From Macrostomum lignano (lineage: Eukaryota), in NCBI GenBank assembly GCA_002269645.1, contig NIVC01001374.1, forward strand, positions 238,686 to 302,685: a stretch of 64,000 bases of DNA, written 5' to 3'. The notes beneath the pieces were generated by a model that searched no databases, had not been told where the DNA came from, and saw only the letters and a program-made list of their open reading frames with translations. Shown here piece after piece: positions 24,801-35,670 of this stretch (its first letter is position 1; every line of letters begins with the position of its first letter). Made by a program: the position numbers and the translations under genes.

Positions 24801-26773
24801 GAGACCTCATGTCTCCGACACTTCATATCTCCGACATTTCATGTCTCCGACACTTCACACCTCCCACACTTCATATCTCCGACACTTCATATCTCCGACA
24901 CTTCATATCTCCGACACTTCATATCTCCGACACTTCATATCTCCAACATTTCATATCTCCGACACCTCATATCTCCGGCACTTCATATCTCCGACACTTC
25001 ATATCTCCGACATTTCACATCTCCGACACTTTATATCTCTGATATTTCATATTTCATATCTCCGACAAGCGTAACGGAGATGTGAAGTTTCGGAGATATA
25101 AAAGAGCCCCAGTTTTTTCGAGCTTCAATGGAGGCAGCTCAGTGACGCCAAGCAAATTAAAAAGCGCCAATAAAGAGCGACTTGAACTTTAAAAATAAGG
25201 ACAGTCTGTCGCATAAGGACATGCCAAAAATGCTAGTTTGCATTATATTTAGATATTGCGTCGCATATGCCATGCTCTAGATGAATTTGCCTGCTGCTCC
25301 GTACATGCAGCAGATTCCTCAGTGCGTGTATCAGCACAAAAGCATATAAGCTTATTCGCATTTGCCAATTTTCCATTTATCATTTCCGACTTTCATTAGC
25401 ATGGGCAATAATTGATCTGTCTGAACTACTGTGACTGATATATAGCTTTAGCTTCGCTTCCATAAGCCTTGGTCGATGCTTCAAGCCTATAGGCAAACAT
25501 CGAAACCATTTTGGAGCTCGGAGCAAACAAGTCAGGCCGAGTGCCGTTTAGAAAATTGCGGGCCCTTGCTTCCTGAAATTAAAAAACTCAGCCGAACTGC
25601 CCCCCTTCCCATGACGGCCCGGTTTGGCTTGGCTTGGCCAGAGGGTTTGAGGGCCGGCTTTTTGCAGCGAAATTGACGAAAAAGAATGACCTAAGTTGGG
25701 GGGGGGGGTGAAGTTTACCCTGCGCCAACCAAAGCTAATTAAGGAGGAAATTTTCAAAATCGACAACCTTGCCATTTTTGATCCATGCCCCCCCACCCGC
25801 CTACGCGATCGCAAAAAATCATTTGCAACTTTCTTTGCCTCCACGCATCATATGAAATACGAAGGCTGGTCAGTTTGCTGAATAAAAAATACTGACGAGT
25901 GCTGGCCCCCAACTGCGACAATGATTACTTCTGCTGCATACTTGGCTAGGTATGAAATTAAATGTGGAGTGTCAGCTCGCAGTGCTGATACAACTGAATA
26001 CACAAAATAACTCTAAACAAAGTAACAACAACTCACGAATCGAGCATTTGTTAGTCGTTGAGTCCCTGAGCCAGCCGGGGCAGCAAACCGTGTTCGATCC
26101 GATGACGCACAGGTTGTCCCCATCGCTGTGAAATAAATAGATGGTCGAGGATAATAGTTGTCCATGGTGCAGTTATCTTGAAGACAGAAATTTTACAGCT
26201 GAAGTAGAAGAGCACTGTACTAGATTGGGGATGAGAAAGATGCGACATGAGAGGGGAGGGGGAGAGAGGAGACTGGAAAGGAGGGGAGATAAGAGATGGG
26301 AGATAAGATTAGAGAGAAGAGGGGAGTAGATGGAGAGAGAGGAGAGGGGAGAGGAGTGGAGAGTAGATACGAGTAAAGAGAGCTGAGAAGAGCCACAAGC
26401 TGTGAGCTGTGATTGCTACTGAGAAGTTTCAAAGAATCCGAAGGCCAGATAGAGAGGCTTCGCGGGCCGGAGTTAGCCGACTCCTGCTCTGGAGAACGCA
26501 CAGCGCTGAATGGGGTTCAGCCATAGACAAATTCGGTAAGGGCGTACTGAATGCACTGGCGATACCACAAATATGCGTTCTTTACGTCCTACATGAAATG
26601 AATATGAAAACCTGATTAGACTTTCGGTATCACGGTAAAATTCACGGAAGAGATAGATAATGTGGGCAAAATATTCAACAAGTTCCTTTAAAATCTCACC
26701 TAGCCACACCGGAGGCCAGAACTAGCACGATGAAGCAGGCAAAATGAATCAGCTGTTGGGACTTGAGCGGCAT
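12817..26773 (-). CDS. Compact fibrillin-like extracellular matrix protein (~1066 aa; FUN, EGF1-3, hybrid-1, EGF array, two cbEGF, C-terminal propeptide)
   Basis: Exons (minus): 26773-26700 (signal peptide MPLKSQQLIHFACFIVLVLASGVA), 26125-26037 (FUN-like NLCVIGSNTVCCPGWLRDSTTNKCSIP), 24176-24051, 23052-22945, 22868-22776, 20734-20534 (hybrid-like GPCYSNV...ECCNSFGRAWGFACRSC), 19035-18963, 18875-18814, 17305-16637, 16110-15451, 15292-14921, 14546-14418 (cbEGF DIDECS...CINTPGSYTCRC), 13877-13604, ~13087-12817. Phases consistent (3201 nt). AATAAA near 12566-12571. Last-exon acceptor is uncertain (13087 or 13081). Confidence 0.88.
13098..13440. repeat. 24/30-bp minisatellite (gggtctgttcccgacactaaaact, with +6 bp variants)
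   Basis: Direct tandem units visible; explains the overlapping repetitive ORFs on both strands. Confidence 0.95.
13926..14243 (+). mobile_element. tRNA-derived SINE, family A
   Basis: Head with A-box-like TAGCCAGCGG and B-box-like GGCTCGATTCC; body homologous to 18507-18795 and 36746-37078. Confidence 0.8.
16365..16620 (+). mobile_element. tRNA-derived SINE family B with CORE (MIR-like) domain
   Basis: tRNA-like head (...ctgaaaggtcgggggctcgattctcgacc) followed by gtccttgagcaagacacttgactctgcattgcttcagttcacccag...taaaatggg, resembling the MIR/CORE consensus; copies at 23846 and 39462. Confidence 0.75.
18507..18795 (-). mobile_element. SINE family A copy (head-truncated)
   Basis: Reverse-complement match to 13926-14243 (GGCATTACTGCCCATTCCGCCGACTCCCCTGAGCAGG core). 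Confidence 0.8.
20885..21795. repeat. 31-bp telomere-like satellite (CCTAAACTTGACCTAAACCCTAGCCCTATAC)n
   Basis: About 28 tandem units built from CCCTAA-like subunits, in a fibrillin-like intron. Confidence 0.95.
21992..22636. mobile_element. Tc1/mariner-type non-autonomous element (MITE) with ~210-bp TIRs
   Basis: TA|CGAGGGTTGTCCCAGAAATAG...CTATTTCTGGGACAACCCTCG|TA; TA duplication on both sides; no transposase. Confidence 0.88.
23185..23269 (-). CDS. Candidate alternative first exon of the fibrillin-like gene encoding a second signal peptide
   Basis: ATG at 23269 gives MKAKKPTGLALALLMLATAVSATPTAAG, then a phase-1 donor A|gtacga that fits the phase-1 EGF2 exon at 23052. Confidence 0.65.
23398..23405 (-). 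promoter_or_regulatory. TATA box for the internal fibrillin-like first exon
   Basis: TATAAATA on the minus strand, ~130 nt upstream of ATG 23269. Confidence 0.5.
23846..23957 (+). mobile_element. SINE family B, truncated copy
   Basis: ggttcgattctcgacc...gtgtccttgggcaagacatttaactctgcattgcttcagttca. Confidence 0.75.
24221..25110. repeat. 16-bp satellite (ATCTCCGACACTTCAY)n with a short inverted arm; foldback-like element
   Basis: About 50 direct units at 24221-25065, then inverted units at 25075-25110 (cggagatgtgaagtttcggagatataaaagagcccc). Confidence 0.85.
26200..26490 (-). mobile_element. hAT (Charlie-like) terminus followed by a CT-rich tract
   Basis: Minus strand CAGGAGTCGGCTAACTCCGGCCCGCGAAGCC...; homologous to CAGGGGTTGGCAAACTCCGGCTCGCGAAGCC at 41446; opposite end not found. 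Confidence 0.55.
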
Positions 26774-28584
26774 GGTTAATTAAGCTCAAAGTTTCCCTAT
26801 TTGGTTCTTTCTTCTGGTTGATTTTCGTTAGTTAAAATTGATCGATTGGTGAGTTCGAGTCCTGCCGGTTGAGTCCTGACTTCCCGCGCGCTCAGGGCCG
26901 CGGTTTTATTTATCCAGGAAAATTGAATTCGCGAAGGGATAAATCGGGTTCCTCCAAGGCAGCAATTTCGCTCTAGAGATATCCCTATAAGAGCAACTCA
27001 ATTGGTGCAGTGTCTCGAATTGAATTCTCGCTAATCCTGTTGCCGGGGACGAGAGCAGCTCAATGATTTCACTTCAAACTTGGCCAAAACTGCCTGGATG
27101 CTGCAGCAAGCTGGCCAGACACTCGAGAGCAATAAACAAAACTAAAGTGGTCTCAATTCTCCACACTAGCGCTGCTGTTGTTATACTGCAGAAGGCCTCG
27201 ACTGCCAACTAAGTGTCCTTAAAGACACATTCCGAGGGGCTAGAGACACGAAACTCAAGCACAGCGGAGGATCTGTGCGCCTAGAAATGCCAGAGAATAT
27301 TTTCTGAGAATGATGCTTATAGAAAGTCGAATCTCACGCAGACTCTGTTCTCACTCACTTGCTCACAACTCGTTGTCTAAAGAATTTTTTGCTGCTCGGA
27401 AAGTGAGCATAAGAGCGTGTTGATGTATAATTAGGATTGCTTTTCTATTTTATGGCTGCGTGCCATTGGGGGTTTTTTTCTTTCCTCGAACTGCACAGAC
27501 AGCTAAAGAAGAATGACTGACTTGGGGGTTCACCATCGTTTTTTTCTGTCTACCCAGCAGCCCCCCCTCCAGCCGCCACTGCCGTGTTTGGCTATTCTCG
27601 GGCAGCGAGGCCGAGGCTCTGGATGGTAAAAAAACCTTCGACCAATCTGCGACTGCCGCAAAAGCGCGTCTATGCAGCTCAGTGCAGGGGCTGCCAACGC
27701 TAGAGTACAGTCCATATTGGCCGCACATGCAGCGGTGGACGAAAATGGTAAACGCTAAAAATAGAATAGTATCCGAGTGTGTAATATCTTCAAGCCTTAT
27801 TTTGGGCTTAGTACCATATAAGCGTTTTTTATAAGTGTTGCGTCTGCATTGGTTGTTAAGTCTAAGTCTAAAAGTAGTCACATTAATTAATCCAAATTAA
27901 TGTCTGCAGATTCGAAAGGATCACCTTTTCCATCTTCGTGTTTAAATAGTTTAGCATAGTTTAGCTCCATCGGGGATCCGTGTTACGGTACAGAACTGTA
28001 TTGAGCTAAATAAAGTGAAGGGCCAGTCTTTCTCGAAAGCAACTTACGATCAGCCATAGACGTAAGTTGGGGAGGAAGTGCTTATGACTTTCACAGCCCC
28101 GAATCAGAAAAAAATAAAAATTTTCATTTGCCTACTACAGATCATTTTATTTGATATTAAAATGCATCGCATTTAAATAAAAGCAAACTATAACATTCCA
28201 GCACGACATTTAGAAACGGACGGATTCTACAACAACAATATGATTCGAGTTTCCATACTAATTTTTGGTCTTTTATTACTTGCATGCTTCACGCAGTTAT
28301 AAATGCTCAAGCGTGCAAAGGCATGAAGAGAGCACATCAAATGTATTTAAAAGTGTACACCAATTGTAAGTTCAACAAGTGGGTTTTTGCCAAGCCAGAC
28401 ATGGGGATCGAGAGCCATACGATAAAAATATAAGACACAATTTTATTTGTGTTATTAATCAAGCCTATACCCCTCGACGTGTGACAAAATTTTGACGGTG
28501 GTCTCTATTTTTAGTAGTCTTACCGTACATCGACCATAGACAACGCGGTTTTTGTACTCCTTTAAAAACTGGTAATCCCCGTTG

Positions 28585-29441
28585 GGGGGTCGCCATCACA
28601 AGCTCGAAAAATCACATCGTCGAAACAGGGCTCCATCACAAGCTCGAAAAGTCATAAGCTCGAAAAGTCACATCGTCGAAAATTGATTTAGCAACCATCA
28701 CAAGCTCGAAAACTCACAAGCTCGAAAACTCACATCGTCGAAAAGTTTAGCAAACATCATCACAAGCTCGAAAAGGCACAAGCTCTAACCCTAACCCCAA
28801 GGCACTAACCCTAACCCTAAGGCACCAGTACCCTAGCCTAACCCTGAACCATAACCCTAACCCCAAACCCTAACTTAAAGGCACTAGTTCTAACCCCGAC
28901 CCTAACCCTAAACCCTAACCCTAAGGCCCAAGTTCAACCCCAACCCTAAACTTAACCCTAAGCCCTAACCCTAAGGCACAAGCTCTAACCCTAACCCTAT
29001 TCAAGCTTGTGATTGTGGTTGCTAACCTTTTCGACGATGTGACTTTTCGAGCTTATGATGGTGGTTGCTAGACTTTTCGACGATATGATTTTTCGAGCTT
29101 ATGACTTTTCGAGCTTGTGATGGTGGTTGCTCAACTTTTCGACGATGTGATTTTTCGAGCTTATGACTTTTCGAGCTTGTGATGGTGGCTGCTAAATCAG
29201 TTTTCGACGATGTGATTTTTCGAGCTTGTGATGGTGGTTGCTAAATCAGTTTTCGACGATGTGATTTTTCGAGCTTGTGACTTTTCGAGCTTGTGATGGT
29301 GGTTGCTAAATCAGTTTTCGAGCTTGTGATGGTGGTTGCTAAACTTTTCGACGATATGATTTTTCGAGCTAATGACTTTTCGAGCTTGTGATGGTGGTTG
29401 CTTTTCGACGATGTGATTTTTCGAGCTTGTGATGGGCCCCC
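28585..29441. mobile_element. Foldback-type element with tandem-repeat arms and a telomere-like core
   Basis: Left arm GGGGTCGCCATCACAAGCTCGAAAAATCACATCGTCGAAA repeats; degenerate (CCCTAA)n core at ~28786-28998; right arm of the same repeats inverted, ending ...CGAGCTTGTGATGGGCCCC. Confidence 0.85.
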
Positions 29442-30390
29442 TTATAAACTGCCTCCCCCGGTTCTACAACAAGCAGGCAAATATAAACGTTCAATAAAAG
29501 GTCATTCTGTTAACCAGGTTTTTCGCGTCGTTTTCTGCTAACGAATGAATAGATTATAGTCTATTCTACTATGAAGCGATGCCAGTAGGCTTGATTCGTG
29601 TGACAATGAGCGAAATCACGAATGGCGTAGCTATTAGTGCGTGCATCGTATCATTTTGGAGGGGTTTTTAGGGGTCCACCAGTGAAGCCAAATTGCTGCA
29701 CGCTTCAAATGTCTATGGCCAAACCACACTGAGCGAAACACTTCAGAAAAAATCCAAGTAAGCCAGAATCTCAACTCAGTCAATAGGCCTGCGAACAAAA
29801 GTGGATAGCAAGCATGTAGTACACCTCCTGTTGAAGAATGGATCATTTCGGTCTATTCGGTCCAGAAGGGATCACTTCGGTCAAAGTAGCGGCGTTGTTT
29901 TTCCAAATCCTCTGTCTCCAAAGCACAGAACGGTTTCATGGAGCCACCTAACTTGATGAACATTGGTGCGGCGGCGGCTTTGAATTGAAGATTGGCCGTT
30001 CCGAAACGTTGATCCACGATGATATTGATTCCACAGACACTAAGTAGATAGCGGAATAGGCCAGACTGGATGTTGAATATCGGCTGTCGCTGGATCGCAG
30101 GGGTAGCTCTTGCTTGACAGAACCTCGCTAAACTTACGAAGCACCAATTTTATTGCACTAGAACAGACCGGCGCATTGTCCAATTGCATAAGATCCATTT
30201 CATTGATCTCAGCTGAGGAGCTTCAACTTCATCGGCGTACAATTGAATGAGATCGTCAATCATGCATTGCATTGCGGTTGTTAAATCCAAAATGAAAGCC
30301 ATTTGCCTTTGGTCGCAGTCGCGCGTTGAGCCTAAGCTAGCTATGAACCTTCTGCTATTTGACTTACAACTTCATGTCTACACTTTCTAT

Positions 30391-30924
30391 TTTGGACCAT
30401 AGATATTTCGAGCGTGCAGTAATGTAGCAGTAAAGAACGGATACAAGTGCACGAGTAGCCGTTCTTCACCGATATTGTATGATTTTGAAGGCGTTTGGAC
30501 CATAGATATTTCGAGTGTGCAGTAATGTAACAGTAAAGAACGGATACAAGTGCACGAGTAGCCGTTCTTCACCGATATTGTATGATTTTGAAGGCGTTTG
30601 GACCATAGATATTTCGAGTGTGCAGTAATGTAACAGTAAAGAACGGATACAAGTGCACGAGTAGCCGTTCTTCACCGATATTGTATGATTTTGAAGGCGT
30701 TTGGACCATAGATATTTCGAGTGTGCAGTAATGTAACAGTAAAGAACGGATACAAGTGCACGAGTAGCCGTTCTTCACCGATATTGTATGATTTTGAAGG
30801 CGTTTGGACCATAGATATTTCGAGTGTGCAGTAATGTAACAGTAAAGAACGGATACAAGTGCACGAGTAGCCGTTCTTCACCGATATTGTATGATTTTGA
30901 AGGCGTTTGGACCATAGATATTTA
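30391..30924. repeat. 103-bp tandem array, ~5 near-identical copies
   Basis: ttggaccatagatatttcgag...gattttgaaggcgt repeated; identical ORFs recur at 103-bp spacing. Confidence 0.95.
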
Positions 30925-31778
30925 AAGCGTGCAGCAATCAGTTTGGGTCAGCGTGCACCAATGATGCATTGCTTAACGCTGCCTCACAAACCAAAACCCC
31001 TTTGGACTGTGGATTTTGGCCATAGACTATAATTTGAACAGCGAATTCAATTTCGTTAATTTACAGCGAATGAAGAACCTGCCAACTGATTCTCTTAATG
31101 GACGAGTAACTAGCACCGAAATGGACTTCATTTCTCTGCCGAATGCAAAGGACCACCGCGTAAATGACGGCAATCTTGATGCGTTTATTTGGTTCTTGGA
31201 AGATCCAACTAACGACGCCTTGTCGTTGCATGACATAAAACTGCCGGATCTACCAGAGGATGCAACTGTGTCGGGTTGACCATCTTGATTAGCATTGAAA
31301 TCGATTCGCTTCCCAAGAGTACACAAGACCAGATGCAGCAACATGCCAAGGCATTCGTGGACATAATCAGAAGCCAAATTGAACTGTACCATCGCCTATG
31401 GTGAAAATTACAAACACAGCGTTAAGCAATGCATTCTCCACTGAAACAATCGTTAGTAGACTAACTCATAGTAACAGGGTCTGACAACCACAGTGCTGAT
31501 CAAATCATGTGCAGCCTCGTGACAAAATTATGTTGTCAGAGAAGACAAATTCATCATAGCAACATTGAGCAACACTGAAAGTAATGTGTGTAGATATTGG
31601 CGTCTACATTAGGATGTTTAATCAATTCATACCGATGGTAATATTTATTTTTTATCAAAATTGAACATTAGAACTCATGGTTATATACTAATAGTAGTTA
31701 ATATCAATAAAAATATTAACATAATACGTATATATGCATCGTTAAAAACCGCTGCAGTTCTTCTTCTAGAAACTTTTT

Positions 31779-34442
31779 TTAGGAATCGCTTTCACTGTCG
31801 CTGTCCACGTGAAAGTCCGCATTTTTAAAGTACTCCGGGTCGATCTTGGCCAGCCGAACTCGCCACTCAGCTCGGCTGAGTGTCAGGCAGAACTCCCGAG
31901 CCGCCGCAGTCTGGCTCGCGTCAATCACTGGCAGGCCGCAGCAGTGTTTTGTATCGTCCAACTGAGCGTAGAACCTCTCCAGCTTGCTGGGCAGAGGCGT
32001 GCGCGCTCGTCTGCGCCGATTGCTGCGACTTCTTTGCCGGCGCCGCAAACTGGCATCCTCAGTGGCGACTGGCTGTTGCTGTTCCACATTGGCGAAGGTC
32101 TTGGCGCGTTCCAGCTCGACAGCTGCGACTGCTACAGCTGGGTCACTGCTGGATGCTACAGTTGAAGGGTTGGCGGTCAGCTGGCGCCGGTGCTGCATCG
32201 GCGCCTCGATGATGCTGGCTGGCTCTGCTGGCGCCTCCGCAGCAGCAGAACTTGGTGGGGAAGATGGGCGAACCTCGACCGGTCTGTCCGGTCTGTGGTG
32301 CCCGCTTTTTGGCGCCGGGCCTAGGAACCTGCGGCAGCATTTTTAGATACTTGTGATGTATTGTGACAAATCAAGAACCATGCAAAAGTAAAGAAGCGCC
32401 ATTTCAAAAAATAAGCGTTATGTAAAAAGACGTGTCTTGGGGAGAATTGCTGAGATGTCAATTAGGCTTACGGGGGGATTGCTAAGATGTCAAGGCTTGT
32501 TGGGAGAATTGCTGAGATGTCAAGGCTTATGGGGAGAATTGCTGAGATGTCAAGGATTTCGGGAGAATTGCTGAGATGTCAAGGATTTCGGGAGAATTGC
32601 TGAGATGTCAAGGATTTCGGGAGAATTGCTGAGATGTCAAGGCTGAGGTCAGAAGGTACTCGTACAATGGTATAAAATAAATCATATATCAGAATCGGAC
32701 AGAATCGTAAGGATCGCTCGGGAATTTTTAGTTGTTCTCATAAAAGAGTCTGAGAATGCCATGGTGCCAGTAATCTTGCCATTCGATTATCGTTGGTTTG
32801 AAAGTAATGACTCCATGGAGTCTGCTTTAAAACTATTCCCCAAAACCACTTTAGCCGTTAGCGTCACAAACTGTGCTTGCTGTGTGTATTTGACTTTTAA
32901 CCAACAGCGCAAGAGTCTAGATTGAAACGCCACAGTTTAATGTACAACTGAATTGGTTGTTCTAAGTTGCCACCTTTTGAGCTGTGGTAGAAATATGGGT
33001 AAGTATGAGAAAAATGGGTAAGTTGCTCGCGGAGGGAGGGATTGCAGAGAGATGCCAAAGGCTGATAGGCTACAAAGCTTGATGTCAGTATGTTTTCTCT
33101 GATTTTTTTGAAATCTATATATGTAAGAACAATAGCTGCGCTGAACAAAGGCATTTACAAATTTTTGAATCTTATTTTTTCATTTGTTGCTGAGCAATAA
33201 AAAAGATTTAGCTCAGGTCGGCAAACGCTTTATCTCAAAGGCCAGATACAAAATCTAGATCATTAAGAAGGGAATGAGAAGAGAGGAAAGAAGACAGAGG
33301 ACAGAAGTGATCTGCCAAACCAATCGCAACGGGAGGCTGCGCGTCACCAGAAGAGCCTTCTCCCGACCGGGGATCCCGCCCGCAGGCTCCTGGAGAGCCA
33401 AGTCAGGCCCCGTCTCCGCTACAGGGCCCATGAAGTCACCATCACCACGCGGCGCTCGGACTTTGGATCGCCTAGGATCAGAAATCTGGCGGTTCATCAA
33501 GCAACTGCCAGCCCACATCTGCCTTAACCTCCAGTGGGTACCCGGCCACGCGGGCATCCAAGGCAACGAGGACGCAGACCAGGCCGCCCACCAGGCGCTC
33601 GAAATAGATCAAGGCCCCGCGACTGCCAGAAGCGAAGCAGCGGCATGCGTCGCCACCAGGACCCTCCTGCGGACCTGGCGGAATACCCGCGAAAGGACTC
33701 ATCCGCTCCGCAGCGACACTCCGGGACACGATGACCTGGACCGCTGGGGCCAGGTCATCAGACTCATCATTAGCCAGCTACGCACTCTCCGCACCTCGAT
33801 CACCAGAGACTCGGCCTACCGCTTTGGCCTAGCCATGGATGATAGATGCCCAGCGTGCGGGGAACATGATAGCGCAGTTCACCTCCTCATCGACTGCTGG
33901 AACTATTAACCGATACGTAGCCAAATCTGGGGAGGTGGCTGAATCGGCATCGACGACATCTTCAGAGGAGACGCGAGCCTCATTTGCCGCTACCTTCGCA
34001 GTGTGGGCCGCACGGACCCGCCTATTGACGATCCTGGCGGACCGACGGCCCCTGCCCCCATGCCCGCGGGCGAGGACAGGCGGGAGTGAAGCGAGAGAGA
34101 GAGAGAGGAGAGAGGATAGGTAAGGAGAGGACAGATGAGGAGAGAGAAAAGGAGAGGAGAGAGGAGAAGACAAACCCTGAGCGGACCGGATTTCTATTGT
34201 GAAGTTTTACTCGTAAAGGACCCGAGGTCGGATTCGGTTAGTTTTCTTTCTTACTTAATAGACAGCGCCTCGCGGTCGGAGGGGCGCTTTTTGACTGACT
34301 TCAGTAGCTTGACAGTTTCCGACTTCTGTTGCTCGATATGCGCCAATCTGGACGCCTGTTGGCGGTAGAGTTCTTCGACCCGACTTCGATAAGCCGCATC
34401 TAGGCGACTGTTCAGGGCCTGCACATTCTTGCTAGAGGCCAT
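31779..34442 (-). CDS. Two-exon gene, uncharacterized protein (~245 aa; N-terminal coiled coil, low-complexity middle, acidic tail)
   Basis: Exon 34442-34255 (MASSKNVQALNSRLDAAYRSRVEELY...; phase-2 donor AA|gtaaga) joins in frame to exon 32328-31779 (gcag|G TTC CTA GGC...RLAKIDPEYFKNADFHVDSDSESDS*); no family recognized. Confidence 0.65.
32440..32645. repeat. ~29-bp tandem array (gggagaattgctgagatgtcaaggatttc)n
   Basis: About 7 visible units in the orphan-gene intron. Confidence 0.9.
33300..34075 (+). mobile_element. 5'-truncated non-LTR retrotransposon 3' end (RNase H and C-terminal CCHC; I/Tad1/Loa-like)
   Basis: QWVPGHAGIQGNEDADQAA RNase H motif and CPACGE..SAVHLLIDC zinc knuckle; antisense in the orphan-gene intron. 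Confidence 0.8.
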
Positions 34443-35670
34443 GTTAGGCGCTGTATTCGGTCAGGATTTACAGCACAAGGCGGAGCGCATCTCGTATTAA
34501 AAGCTGAGTAGATCGACAGCGCTGTGCGTTGCTTTTATTTATATTGCTACAAATGTGAGGAACGGCAGACAGACGAGGGTCTTGAGTTGAATAATATGAG
34601 CATTTCAGCCCCCAGTAAAGTGTGCAACAGAAAAGGAGTTATAAATGAAACTGCGCATACAAGTGCTGCTCAGTCACAGTCTCTAGCTAAATTAATTTAA
34701 TGGAAAAGTAGCGAGCAAGTGCCAGAGACTGTATACTCAGACCCATTACGAAGAGACAGCATTAAGACCATCAGTAGAGCTGGCATTTTCTTATAGAGAA
34801 AACGCGTTGTCATCTATCATACTGGTGGCTATACAGTCGTATAAAGGCACAAATGCATTGAGCACAGCGGTGGTTTAGGAGTTGCAGTTTTACACGAAGC
34901 AACACAATTACGACCTACATTCGATGAAGGGGTATATTAAAGCTAACCATTGCAGCTACTTAAGGTGCATTGTGCTTACATGAGCAAGCTCGACCCGAGC
35001 CGCTTATACAAAAAACTTTCGAGTTTCAATCCTTGAATTGTAATGCTTGCAAAGGTAAACAAACTTCGACAAAGCAATAGTTGAGTTAACGTGGGGCTTC
35101 ACTGGTTCCGTATAGAGTCCTTTGTCAGCTTATACTCGTAATAGATAACTATGTGCGCCTAGAATTCTTAATTGAACTTAGTGGAAAAACCATAAATACA
35201 ATTCAAAAGCATCATAAACATGCTCAACATTAGTAAAAACCTGAACGGCCCACCACATTCCTAACTAAAGCATTTACTGTACACTTTTAAAACTATACAG
35301 TTTACAGAGCATTAAAAAGAGTAAAAACTGTCATCATTTCTGATCTATTTTTTAGATAATTAAATTCTATGAACAGACCTGTACAGTCATTTTAAACAAT
35401 TTATCTGTTTAAATTTGTTTAAAACAATATATTTGTTTGATTGGCAGACATATCAAAACAGGTCAGAAAACATATGAAAACTTCAAAGCTAGGTAAGTTT
35501 CATTTTTATATAATAATAATATGGTTACTAGCTCGAAAAGTTCTATGCAAAACGCACAGTTAACTAGACATGTTTCGAAAAATTAACACTTCCATTTTTC
35601 ATACAGCATGTCAACACGTGTCCAAAGTGGGTAACACTTGTGTGCCTTACAATTAATAAACTAGCCAATG

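Noticed and set aside
24128-25074. 304-aa ORF of LRHFISPTLHISDTS repeats
   Set aside because: Translation of the 16-bp satellite
30391-30924. Regularly spaced repeats (also 37593-38002, 54071-54450) as CRISPR arrays
   Set aside because: Units are contiguous with no unique spacers, there are no cas genes, and the context is eukaryotic
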